Of a DNA stretch of 64,000 bases, positions 1-12,155 are shown piece after piece. The notes below the pieces were generated by a model, which was given only the letters and a program-made list of their open reading frames with translations, had not been told where the DNA came from and did not search any database. Source of the DNA: the human T2T-CHM13v2.0 reference genome, Homo sapiens; assembly GCF_009914755.1 (NCBI RefSeq), contig NC_060925.1; one strand, written 5' to 3'. A program made the translations under genes and the position numbers. Positions within the stretch are counted from its first letter, which is position 1; the number at the start of each line of letters is the position of its first letter.

Positions 1-68
1 CTACATCTGGTCTGGCTTAGGTGACCTCAATAATCCCTTTTAGGTTTAAATTATTTGATTATCTATAG

Positions 69-294
69 CAGTGGTTCTCAAACTGGGGATAATTTTGCTA
101 TTTCCCATCCCGAGGAGACATTCAGCAACACCTAGAAGGCATTTTTGGTTGCACAAATGGTGGTGGTGGGGGTGGCGGGGGTATGTTATTGGCATCTAAT
201 GAGTAGAGGCCGGGAATGTTGTAAAACGTCCTACAATATACATGACAGCACCCCCCACCCTGCAACAATGATTATCCTTCCTAAAATGTCAATA
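69..294 (+). mobile_element. MER20 (hAT-Charlie DNA transposon), 5' portion; interrupted by L1
   Basis: Starts CAGTGGTTCTCAA; internal GGCATCTAATGAGTAGAGGCCGGGA and AAAATGTCAATA match the recalled MER20 consensus; resumes at 3370. Confidence 0.9.
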
Positions 295-3200
295 ATGAGA
301 GGACAGAGATAATTAACATCAGAAATAAAGGAGGGTACTTCCTACAGATTCCATGGACATTAAATGGAAAATAATAAGACACAACTTGATAACCTAGATA
401 AAATGGGCCAACTCCTTGAAAGACCCACAATCTGCCAAAACTCACACAAGAAGAAACAGACAATCTGAATAGGCCCATTTCTACTAAAGAAATTGGATCG
501 ATAATTAAGAATCTTCCAAAACAAAAAGCACCAGGCCCTGATGGATTCACTAGTGAATTCTGCCAAACATTTAGGAAAGAGATTATACCAAGTCTCTAAA
601 CCTCCTTCAGAACACAGAAGCAGGGGGATATTTCCTAACTCATTCTGTGAGGCCTAACCTCAGCCAACCTCAAACCAGACAAAGACATTACAGGAAAAGA
701 AGGTTACAGACCAATATTTTTCATGAATATAGGTATAAAAATCCTCAGCAAAAGATTAGCAAATTGAATCCAATAATGTATAAAAAGAATTACATACCAC
801 AACCAAGTGGGATTTATCTCAGGTATGCAAAGCTGGTTCAATATTAAAAAATCAATTAACATAATTCATCAAATCAGCAGGTTAAAGAAGAAAATACATG
901 TAAAAAAAGTATTAGACAAAATCCAACACCCATTCATGATCCAAGCTCTCAGTAAGTAGGAATAGAGGGGAACTCTGTCAAGTTGATAAATAATAACTAC
1001 AGAAAACCTACAGTTAACATCACACTTAATGCTAAGAAACTCGAAGCTTTCTCACAAAGATCAGGAACAAAGCAAGGATGTCCTGTCTTATAATTCCTTT
1101 TCAACACCGTACTGGAAGTCCTAGCTAATGTAATTAAGAAAATGAAATAAAATATATACTTATTGAGAAGGAAGAAATACATCTTTTTTCACAGATGACA
1201 TGATTATCTACGTAGAAAATCTGAAAGAATTGTCAAAAAACTCCTGGAACTAATAAACAATTATAACAAGTTTGCAGGATACAAGATTAATACACAAAAG
1301 TCAGTATATTTCCTATTTACCAGCAATAATGATGATGAACAAGATGAATGTGAAATTAAAAACACAATACCATTTACATTAACACCAAAAATATGAAATG
1401 CTAGGTATAAATCTAACAAAATATGCACAAGATATATATGAGAAAAACTACAAAACTCTTATGAAATATAAGAACTAAATAAATGGAGAGATATTCCATG
1501 TTCATAGATAGGAAGACAATATTTTCAAGATGTCAGGTCTTCCCAACTCAATCTACATATTCAACACAATCCTAATCAAAATCCCACCAAGTTATTTTGT
1601 GCCTATCAACAAACTGATTCTAAAGTTTATATGGAGAGGCAAAAGACTGGATAGTGAACACAATATTAAAGGAGAAGAACAAAGTTAAAGGAATGACAGT
1701 ACTCAATTCAAGACTTATTATAAAGCTATAATCATCAAGACAGTGTGGTGTTGGTGAAAGAAAAGACAAATAGATCAAATGCAACAGAAAAGGGTGCCCA
1801 GAAATAGACTCACATAAATGTAGTCAACTAATCTTTGACACAGGCACTATGGCTGCCTTTTCAACAAATAGTGCTTGAACAAATGGTCATTCACATGTAA
1901 AATAATGAATCTAGGCACAGACCTTACACTCTTCACAAAAATTAAGACAAAATGAATCACAGCCCTAAATGTAAAACACGAAACTATGAAACTCCTAGAA
2001 GGTAACATAGAAGAAAATCTAGATGGCTTTCAGTTTGGTGGTGACTTTTTAGATAGGACACCAAAGCATGATCCATGAAAGAAAGAATTGATAAGCTGGA
2101 CTTTATTAAAATAAAAAATCTGCTCTGTGAAGGATACTGCCAAGAGAATGAAAAGATAAGCTCAGATTGGGAGAAAATATTTGCAAAAGACTGATAAATA
2201 TAAATATATATATATATATAGGATAACTGGATAATTGGATATATCCTATATAATTTTATATATATATATATATATATAATCTCTTAAAACTCAACAATAA
2301 GAAAACAACCTGATTAAAAGATGGGCCAAAGACCTTAATAGACTACTCACCAAAGAATGTACAGATGACAAGTAAGTATATAAAAAGATGCTCCACATCC
2401 TATGTCATCAGGCAAATGCAAATTAAAATGACAATGAGATACCACTCAACTATCAGAAGGGCAAAAATCCAGAACACTGATAGTGCCCAGTGCTGGAGAG
2501 GATGTGGTGCAACAGGAACTCTCATACATTGCTGATGGGAAGCAAAATGGTACAGCCACTTTGGAAGATGGTTAGGTCTTACAAAATTAAACACACTCTT
2601 ACCATGTGATCCAGCAATCATACTCCTTGGTACTTACCCAAAAATTTGAAAACTTATGTCCATACAAAAACCTGTACACAGACATTTATAACAGCTTTGT
2701 TCATAATTGACGGAACTTGGAAGCAACCATGATGTCCGTCAGTAGATTAATGGATAAATAAACTACAGTACATCTAGCCAATGGACTATTACACAGCACT
2801 AAAACGAAATTGGCCATCAAGCCATGAAAAGACATAATGGAAACTGAAATGCATTATTACTAAGTGAAAGAAGCCAATCTGGAAAGATTAGTTACTATAT
2901 AATTCCAACTATATGACATTCTGGAAAACGCAACAAAACTATGGAAACAATAAAAAGATCAGTAGTGGCCAGGTGTTGTGGGGAGGGAGGAATTAATAGG
3001 TGGAGCATAGATAATTTTTAGGGCAATGAAATAATCTGTATGATACTATAATGGTAGACACATGTCCACCATTTGTCCAAACCCACAGAATGTACACCAC
3101 CAAGAGGGAACCCTAATGTAGTCACTAATCTTTGGACTTTGGGTGATGTGTCAATGAGCTTAATCAGTTGTAATGATGGACACATGTCCATCATTGGTGG

Positions 3201-3369
3201 ACACGTGTCAATGAAGGTTTGTCAGTTGTAACAAATGAACCACCCTGGTGGGAGATTTATAATAGGGGATGCTGTGCACATGTTGGGCAGCGGTTGTATG
3301 AGAACTCCGTAACTTCCTCTCAATGTTGTTGTAAACCTAAAACTGCTCTAAAAAAAAAAAAGTCTTACA
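295..3369 (+). mobile_element. LINE-1, L1MC1-like, 5'-truncated (decayed ORF2 plus 3'UTR)
   Basis: L1 ORF2-like sequence (AAAAGCACCAGGCCCTGATGGATTCACT, TTCACAGATGACATGATT) broken by stops and frameshifts; 3' end AAACCTAAAACTGCTCTAAAAAA typical of L1MC1; TSD AAAATGTCAATA (283-294) / AAAAGGTCAATA (3370-3381). Confidence 0.92.
2195..2280. repeat. (TA)n microsatellite with internal GGATA units, inside L1
   Basis: Two (TA)n runs flank GGATAACT GGATAATT GGATATAT CC. Confidence 0.9.
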
Positions 3370-3397
3370 AAAAGGTCAATAGTGTTGAGAAACTTTA
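3370..3397 (+). mobile_element. MER20 3' terminus
   Basis: GTCAATAGTGTTGAGAAACTTTA is the inverted-repeat end matching the CAGTGGTTCTCAA start at 69. Confidence 0.8.
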
Positions 3398-3898
3398 GTC
3401 TACACTAAGGAAAATTACTCAGTTTTCTCAAAAATTCATTCTTGTGATATCTGTGGCCTTTTCCAGAGTGATCTGAAGTAGCCTTAGTTTGCTTCTTAGG
3501 AACAGATGGTGCCTCACTGGGTTTTCCTCTTGAGTTAACTTTTCCTTCTTCTGCATCAGGCTTCCTGGGAGCCTCTTCCAAATCCACATGGCTGCCTGAT
3601 GACATGCTGAGGGGCCTAGGTGGGGACACTGCTCCTGCTGTGGGTGGTAGTGGGGAGGGGGCCCTACTGCCTGAAAACTAGTCATCTGCCTGGAATCCCT
3701 GCCTTTCTCATTTCTCTCTGTGCGTTGGGTGGACGATCAGGGCTCAGTTACCCCAACAGCACCCAGGTTTCTCCTTTTTTGTCAAATAGCCACTCCTAAA
3801 CCCTGCCCTGGATGAGTAGAGCCCCTGACTGCCCTCTGCCCTAGGCACACCACCACTGGCTGGACACCTGGCCTTGGCTTCTGCAGCTCTCAGATCAT

Positions 3899-3924
3899 GG
3901 GGGTTGGGGTGGGGTGGGGTGGGG
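3899..3924 (+). repeat. (GGGGT)n G-quadruplex-forming motif
   Basis: GGGGG-TT-GGGG-T-GGGG-T-GGGG-T-GGGG. Confidence 0.8.
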
Positions 3925-4744
3925 TAATCTCCCAGGGAGGCAGATGGGACTCTGCAGAAAACCTGACTGCTGGCGGGAAAGGAGGTTACAAGTGGGTCCT
4001 CCCCAAGAACTGGGCATGAGGCCTAGCAATCTGCTCCCTTCTTTTGAGCAACACTTCTTTGGGAGGTCATTGCCCATTTCTGCCTTCAGCATCACAGTAG
4101 GGCCCAGGCCTCCTCTCCGCTTGCAGCTGGGACCAGGAAGCCAGGAGCAGGAAACAAGGCCTCGTTTCCTTCTGGTTGGTGGTGTCTTACCCCCACCATT
4201 CCTTCCTCTGCTTGCTACTTCTATTTTACAAGCTGACCCAAAGGCCCCACCTCTCGCAGTACTGATTTATAGGGACTGAACTTCCACCCAAACACTGGGA
4301 TATGGGGCCTGCTGGTGGATGCTTTACCTGACCAACTAATGCTTCTGACCAAGTTTCACTGAAGGTTGAACAGTTACATGGAATTTTGTTAGACATCTGT
4401 GGTTCATTTTTATGGAAAATAATGCAGTTTCATAGCATGGGCACTTGTCCCAGGGTTCAGGAAATATGGTTTGTGGAAATACAAAAGAAAAGTTAAGGCA
4501 CTGGATTCTCTGCCCAGCTCCAGAGAGGTTCTCATCCTCTTTCTGAGCCTGTTTTCTCACTTTAAAATAAAGGGTTTAGACCTGCAGGTTTCTAATGATC
4601 CTCTGGCCTTGCATCCTAGGCGCTTGTCACATCCTTCCAATGGTGATGATAATTCACACCAGACTACGGCTCTTAGTCAAACATGCAGACAAGTGAGAGT
4701 GGCAGACACTTCCAGGAGGCAGAAGGATGTTACCATGCACTCAG

Positions 4745-4945
4745 TGGGTTTGAAATCAGTTGAGCCTGGGTTCCCATCTCAACTTTCCACTTATTCTCTG
4801 TTGCCCAGACAGGCTTCTCCATTCCTCTGTGCTTCAGTCTCTTCATCTATAAAGGGAGAGACTCAGGACTGCTTTAAGGATTAAAGTCTGAACATAAGGC
4901 TCTAGTAGAGTGCATGAGTAAGTACTTTGACTCTTGTTAATCATC
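4745..4945 (+). mobile_element. MIR SINE relic
   Basis: CCTGGGTTCCCATCTC...CTCTGTGCTTCAGTCTCTTCATCTATAAA...AGGATTAAA core. Confidence 0.75.
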
Positions 4946-7293
4946 ATCACAGGCCAAAGAGCGCATTTGCACTGCCACTGTATTCTGCTCTGTGCGCAAG
5001 CAGGAAGGTGAGCCCTGTCCATGTGCTTGGCAACCCCCAGTCTGGAAGGAAATCAGCCTCGGCATATAAAACATCAGGAACAAGCAGGAACGAGCAGACC
5101 CAGGCTCTAAAGTCGATGTCCGAGGGGCTCTGTCCCTTGGAAGTCATAGTCCAGGGAGGCAGACACAGGACCAGTATCTCAGTTCAGGGCTGGCTAAGAC
5201 AGTCAAGAGCAAAAAGCAAATTTCTGTATTAAAAGGGAGCCTTTAATTCCTGGAAGATCAGAGAAGGCTCAAGAGATATAATTTGACTTTAGGCATCTTG
5301 ACCATTTCTCTACACCCTACCCTTTTTCAGAGGGTCACTGTGAGGCCACAGGGAAGCCCCTCCTGACTGCTTCCCATGCTGTGAGAGGGAAGACACTGGC
5401 TCAGTTTCCTTGATGCTTCTGAACCACTGAGTGCCCAGCCAGGGCAGCGCTCCCTGTTTGCCAACCCTACTATCACCAGCACAAACTTCCCAAACCCTTC
5501 CTAGTCTAGGAGAGTCCTGGAAAATTCCCAAGGCATGCGCTGGAATGAGGGTGAAGGATAAGCCAGAGGAGGCCCCTTGGCTGTGTTCCTCCTATGATGT
5601 ATAACTTGGCAGTGCCTGTGATGCAATCCAATGGTTGTGCTCCCCCTTGGACCCCTCTCCATCCCACTGGGCCCGTCCAAGCCTGTTATTCCCTGACTTT
5701 CTAACAAACACCCAAATGAAGGCAGGCTGAAAGGCCTTGGGCGCCCCAAGGTCTAGAAATGAGCTACTAATGGATTTCAAAGGCCCAGATTTGATTGCAA
5801 AGCTGCAACCAGCTAGACCTCCATTCTCAGGCCCTGTCACAGCCAATCTGCCCCTTACCTGCTGGTAGGAGGAGGCCGCCCTACACTCAGCTATACAAAC
5901 TTCACAGCCACCCGCCTGTCTCCTGCAAGGAAGTGAAATGTGTAATGACAACTGCGTTTACAGTGCTGCCCTGGATTGTGGACCCAGATGCTCTGAAATC
6001 ACTCTTGGCTGTCATGTTTGCAGTGGCACATCTGCTTACACATGAGAAAACATGGACTTTAGCCAAGAGGGAAGGCAAAAATGTTGGTTCTTTTCTAGCT
6101 TGTACCAACATCCGGGCTTCCATATCTATATCTTTTTCTACAAAGTGGGGAAAAAAATGGTGTGGCATCAGGATGTGAAACTAGGAGCTGGTGGTGGTAG
6201 GAAGGGAGGAAACTGATAAAAATGCAACAAAGTGTGGGCTGCACGTGCTGCTTCCTCGTGGGTGACTTGAGTCAAGTTAGCCAGCTTGTCTGAGCTTCAG
6301 AAGGGGCTGCTAGGAGGATTAAATACGATAATGTTTGCAAAGTACTTAGCATTACATGCGCTGGCTTCCTTCCATTTTTCTGGAAGGAAGGTGAGAAGGA
6401 CAGAGGGAGTGAAGAAAGAAAATGGTGATCCCTTCCAAGGACAGGCAAACATGCCCAATGGACATCAGAAGTGTAAAATTGTGTTTTTGCAGCTCCAGAG
6501 TAACTTTCTTGTGACATTTGGGGTTTTAATGGATTCCAGAAACCTGAAAGTTTCTCTGCAGTCAGAACAGGATGTTTAACTTTCGTCCTTTATGAGAAAA
6601 AAAAATGATGCACTCACTAATCTCTTCATTCACTGGAAATACGTGGGAAACAATGAGAAATGGGCTCAAAAAAGCAAACATGAAATGTGCTATTTTAAAA
6701 TACTAGCAACCAACAGAGTGTTGCAAAATGTGGCTGGAATCAATAACAAAACTTTTGGAGATGAATCATTGAAATCGATGCTTTATCAGGGGTAAAATGC
6801 TTGGGAAGCTCCAATTTTGGAGGCCTGAAATGGAGTTTGGACTTCCTTTATTACCTCGAGGGCAGGAAGAGGAGATCCATTTGTTTGAAAGGGGTAGGAG
6901 GTGAACCTGATTGCTGAAAAAACACCGTCTCCTTGTTTGTTTCTCTTGAATTCCTACCTAATGTGAAATGAGGAAAAGGGAACTATTTTACAGAAAACCT
7001 CAATGTGGAGCAACTCAGAAGTCCCAAAGCACCATTCGCATTTGGTGTCTAGAGGGACAGGATCATTCTTCAATTTAAAATGACATGAATTCCTGAACTA
7101 CATGCTTTATGAAGCCAAGGCCTGTGCTGACTTTGGATATCACTATTCCCAGAGCCTAATCTAGCATCTGACATATGGCTGGTAAACACTTTTCAGTGAA
7201 GAAAGAAAGGACAGAAGGAAGACAGCAAAGGAGGAAGGAAGGACAGAAGGAAGAGAGAATGAGGTCATGGTTGGGACTCTGTAGACTCTAAAG

Positions 7294-7642
7294 CGGGGTC
7301 CCCAATCCTGGGTCATGGACTGGTACATGTCCATGGCCTGCGAGGAACTGGGCCACACAGCAGGAGGTGAGCAGTGGGCAAGTGAGCGAGCATTACCGCC
7401 TGAGCTTCGCCTCCTGTCCTATCAGCAGTCTCATTAGATTCTCATAGGAGCAGGAACCCTATTGTGAACTGCACATGTGAGGGATCTAGGCTGCATGCTC
7501 CTTAGGAGAATCTAATGCCTGATGATCTGAGGTGAAACAATTTCATCACTAAACCATCCCCTCCACCCTCCTCACCCTAGACTGTGGAAAAATTATCTTC
7601 CACCAAACTGGTCCCTGGTGCCAAAAAGGTTGGGAACCACTG
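7294..7642 (+). mobile_element. MER1B (hAT-Charlie), full length
   Basis: CGGGGTCCCCAA start, GGTTGGGAACCACTG end; 8-bp TSD CTCTAAAG (7286-7293) / CTTTAAAG (7643-7650). Confidence 0.92.
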
Positions 7643-9499
7643 CTTTAAAGCACGGTCCAGACTAGGGGGACATCACTCTACTCAAGCGCAATCTGCCTAG
7701 AAACATAAAGGAATTTTGAACTGTAGACTTCATCTTCCCCAGCTGGGCAAGTGTCCACAGTCATTTTTGTAAAAACTGAGATATTCATTTGTTGGTAAAC
7801 TGGAGACTCTTCATCCCAACAGTCCCTTCTTGGGTCCTCACTCTGGACTCTGCCCATGAGCATCACGCAGCAGTTAGAGAAAGGTTTGATGCCTCTGGGA
7901 AGATTCCCCTAATTGGTCCCCTTCTTCTTTCCTCCCTCCCTCCTTCCCCCAAATGAATTATGCTCATCCTCTACCTGTGCTTCCCCCATAAGAATTCCAT
8001 GTCATGGAATTGTCTCTTGAAGTATTCATTTCTCCCACCTTGAGGGTAGGAACTGTCTTACACATATTCCATTCATACACATACATGTATACATATATAC
8101 AAAACCATTCATATTAGGTTGGTTCTCAATAAAATTTTACTAAATAAATGGACAGACATTGCTGATTAGCAGGAAAAAGAAAAGGAAAAGTCTCAAGACT
8201 TGTTGAACCTAAGACAAATAAAAATATTTTCTGATTTCCAGCAATAGGTCTGCAATGTGCTGGAAAGTAAACTCATTGTAACCACCAAATCAGTCAGCAA
8301 CAACAGGTGTGATCACCGATTTAAGCAAACATGCGCCACGGTGGTCCGCAAAAGAAGATGATGCTGTGATGGCATGTGTCCTCTCCAAAGGGCACCCTGT
8401 TTTCCATTCTGGATATCTGCAGTCTCCCAGGTTCAGAGATTCAGCATGGGGAGGTAAGGACTGGTTCGCCAAGTCTTGGGGCTGTGGAGTTGACCAGTTC
8501 TTGGCCAGGGTTACTTCTTCTTCATCAAGGGAGAGGGCAGAGAGAAGGCAGGAAAAGAAGGCTTGAAGAACCTATTTCTGAGGCTCAATGGCCATCAGAT
8601 AGCGCTCAAAATCGCATTGCCTTTGAGCACAGGAGAGCTGAATCAGAAACACATGGCACATTCCCTCCCAATCACATGCGGTTTGGGAAATCAAGGCAAA
8701 TCAAAAGCAAAGAACATTTGGAAGCCACGGAGGCAGCTGGGGCTGGGTCCCAGCAGTTGTGCTATGGAAGGGGTATGAGGGTGGTGGAGGGGGAGATTCT
8801 CTGCAGACCTAACCCATCAGACCAACAAGAAAGTGGGAGCCCCTGGGTATCAGTCAGGATCCAATCAGGGAACCACACAGTAATTTGAGCACACCTAGCG
8901 TCCCAAGAGCTGGACTGAAGATCCCCATTTCTTACCTTGAATAATGATTGCCTTTGCCTACCTGGCAAGGAAACCTGCAGCTAAAGATTTAAAATTTCAC
9001 CAATCAATATGTTATCTGGTATTTCTTGTACTCCCATCCCACCTGTAACTGCAAGGGAGAAGCAGGCCTTCATCTCAGAGTGGAAGTAGAGATGGGGGTT
9101 AGGGAGGGGAGCCTGGAGATCAGTGGATAGATCACTCCCCATTAGAGATGCAGACCTGAACCCAGCTCTGATGACGATAAACAACACTGTATGATGATGT
9201 TCTTGCATTACACAGAGAAAACTGATGGGAATTCTGTGTTGCTGGTAGCTGCAGAACAGTTTACACCTATGAAGCACTTCCACAACTAGCTGGAGGCTCA
9301 CAGCCTTACCTCATCTTCCTCAATTTCCTACACCCCTTCCCCCTAGCCTCAATCAGAATGAATCCCTCTCCCAGGCACCCACCTATGTCTGTCTGTGTCT
9401 TTATGATGGCACTTGTCACCATGCATCAGGATTACTCATGCGCACGTCCCCTCCTGTTTTCCAGCACACACGGAAGGAAGGAAACATGCATTGCCCACA

Positions 9500-9830
9500 T
9501 CACCTGCCTCAGGCCTTGTGCTTGTGTTAGTGACACAAAAATGAATCAGTTGTACTTCCTAACCTCAAATGGCTCAGGGTCTAGTGTGGGACACAGACAT
9601 GGGAGGAGGTACATCACAAGCCAGCATGACCTACGTTAAATGGGAACAAAGTGCAGCAGGAAGCCTGACTGGGATGTGATGCACTCTTAAACTTAGTGTG
9701 TCAGGGAGGATGGGTCAGTTTGAGCTGAATCTTGAAGGACAATGGGATTGTCTAGGCAGATCAGACCAGGAAGGGCATTTAGGCAGGGAGAACAGCATAT
9801 GAAGAATGTGGAGGCACTGAATTTTATAAA
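9500..9830 (-). mobile_element. L2 LINE fragment
   Basis: TTTGAGCTGAATCTTGAAGGA...GGCATTTAGGCAGGGAGAACAGCATATGAAG, typical of antisense L2. Confidence 0.65.
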
Positions 9831-9899
9831 GCATCAGGACTGCAGGGAGACATTCCTTTGGGTTAGAGCATACAGCATAAAAATAATCATAATCAGGGT

Positions 9900-10070
9900 A
9901 ATAATGATAGCTACACCTACATCTTTTCTTGTTTTCTATATGCCAGACTATTCTAAGTGCTTTACATGTGTTGACTCTTCTTAATCTTCACAAACAAGCC
10001 TATGAGGTAGATAATATTATTCCCATTTTACAGTTAAGGAAACTGAGGCACAGTCACTTGCCCAAGTAGT
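9900..10070 (-). mobile_element. MIR SINE
   Basis: CTATGAGGTAGATAATATTATTCCCATTTTACAGTTAAGGAAACTGAGGCACAG. Confidence 0.88.
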
Positions 10071-11763
10071 AAGGGGCTGAGAGTTATGAGAGTTACAGGG
10101 TGGAAGCTAGAGAGGTGGGCAGGAGCAGGAGAATGTGCTTGGGTGAACTGCAAAGGACCCAGGAAACCCCAGCATACGCCGTCAGTGTGGCCCCTCCCAG
10201 ATCCTCCCCTGCCCTCAATCCCTGCAGTAACCAGAACCAGACCTGGATTAGGGTTTGAAATCTGACAGGAGGCAAGTTGGCTCAGAGCCAGCAAGGAAAT
10301 TCATTCACTTTCAAAAACAAACCAGCCCCCACAGCCACCCCGCCACACGTACACACTGCATGCCTACTGAACAGAATGACTTGGAGCCCTGAATGAACCG
10401 CCCTGAATGGCCGCCCAGGGAGTGGAACCATTTTCATCCTCTGTGGGCTGGTTCCTGCAAGGCTCATACCTGCCGCTCACACACTCAGAGCCAGAGATGG
10501 TCGGGACAGGTGGGAAGATGTGTTGGAGGGAGCTAACCCTGCCCACTTCACAGGTAGGGAAAGCGAAGCCCTGAGAAGGCAGTGGTTCCCAGTGAGCTGG
10601 TTAGAGGCAGAGCCTGCTTAAGGATCCTGGTGCTCTGACCTCCATTCCAGTGCTCTGTCTTTTCATCGCTCATCCATTTCCTCCTGGCCCCCCCAGGAAG
10701 TGACTAGCTCTCTACACCAGCAACATGGGGATCTTGGTACAAACAATGGCCAAATGGCCTCTGCAGTGATCAGGGACTTCTCCAAGGAAGGAGAAGGACC
10801 AAGGGGGCCAACAGGTGCCTGTGCGTCAGTGCACTGGTGCACTCCCAAGGGATATCTGGGATATGAGTCATCTTGCATCTGTTCTGGGGAACAAGAGTCT
10901 ATTAATGAGCCATTGAACTCTGGGCTCCTGCAAGGCAGGGCAGTTCCATGTTCAGGATGGACCAGGTGTGTGATGTGTCGGTCTGATGCACCTTGGGAGG
11001 ACAGCAGCATGCAGGGTCATGGCAGCACTAGTCCCATCCTCTCTGGGGACCCTATGTCTGTGGGCTCAGGCCTGTTTTGCATCTACAGTCTAATTCACTC
11101 CAGTCCCTCTGGACCTGTGTCTGGCCTCCCAGGATAACATTCCACTCCCTTTCTGGGTCATGGCTCAGGCTTGCAAGTCTGGCTGTTGTGGTTTCAGATG
11201 ACCTTGAGCAGGCTGCTTGTATTCCTTAACCTCATAGACCTCACTGGCTGCCACTCTCCCTGCCACCTCCGGGAGACTGAAAAGAATTAATGAATGGAGG
11301 AATGGATGGATGGATGAAGAGGTAAATGCCAGGCCCCACAAGGAACAGGGGCAGCAACAGAGCTAGCAGCCTGGGGTCCCAACTCCCAGCCCAAGTATTG
11401 CCTTTACCTCTCTGGCTTCAACTCCCCATGTGCATGTGGGGAGGCAGCTGAGCAGAAGTGGGTGGGCAGCTGGTATAGATGGTGAGAGAATGAAGATGGA
11501 GTGAGGGAGAAGTAAGGCCAAGGAAGAGTCAGAGAAGGACTGAGATGTCTACTAAGAAGCTGTCCCATGAGAACAATCCTTATACGTTATTTACCTTATC
11601 TTGGGGAGAATCTGGCTCCCTGGAGGGATAGGGAGTCCCTTGAGAAGACTGGGTTGGTGGGGAAGGTCCAGGGAGTGGGGGGAAGGCTGGGAGTTTGACC
11701 TGGGCATGGCTGCTACCTGTGGGGCCCTCAGGGCTCCTGTGCCTGACAGACAATGATGTCTCC

Positions 11764-12155
11764 TATCTTTGTCCTTTGGGGCTGCTATAATGAAATACTA
11801 TAGACTGAGAAATTTATAAACAATAGGATTTATTTCTCACTGTTCTGGAGGCTGGGAAGTTTAGATCAAAGTGCCGGCAGATTCAGTGCCTGGTGGGGCC
11901 CACTTCCTGCAATCATAGATGGTGCCTTCTTGCCATGTCCTCACTGGTGGAAGGGGCTAGCTAGCTCTAGGGGGTAGCTTTAATCCGATCATTAATCATT
12001 AACAAAATTAATCATTAACAGCATTAATCCTATCGTGAGGGCAGAGCCCTCATGACCTAATTGCCTCCCAAAGGCCCCACCCTAATACCATCACCTTGAA
12101 GGTCAAGATTTCAACATGTGAATTTTGGGGGGATAGAAACATCTGGACCATAGCA
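11764..12155 (-). mobile_element. MaLR solo LTR, MLT1A0/MLT1A-like
   Basis: GCTGCTATAA...TTTATTTCTCACTGTTCTGGAGGCTGGGAAGT...TTTCAACATGTGAATTTTGGGGG...ACCATAGCA; 5-bp TSD TCTCC/CCTCC. Confidence 0.88.

Noticed and set aside
281-2621. ORFs at 281-550, 360-566, 647-847, 997-1182 and 2400-2621
   Set aside because: Off-frame or antisense readings of a decayed L1 ORF2; no intact reverse transcriptase frame.
3405-3629. 74-aa charged ORF on the minus strand (…DLEEAPRKPDAEEGK…)
   Set aside because: Looks protein-like, but has no recognisable homology, splice context, poly(A) or TSD; expected by chance at this length.
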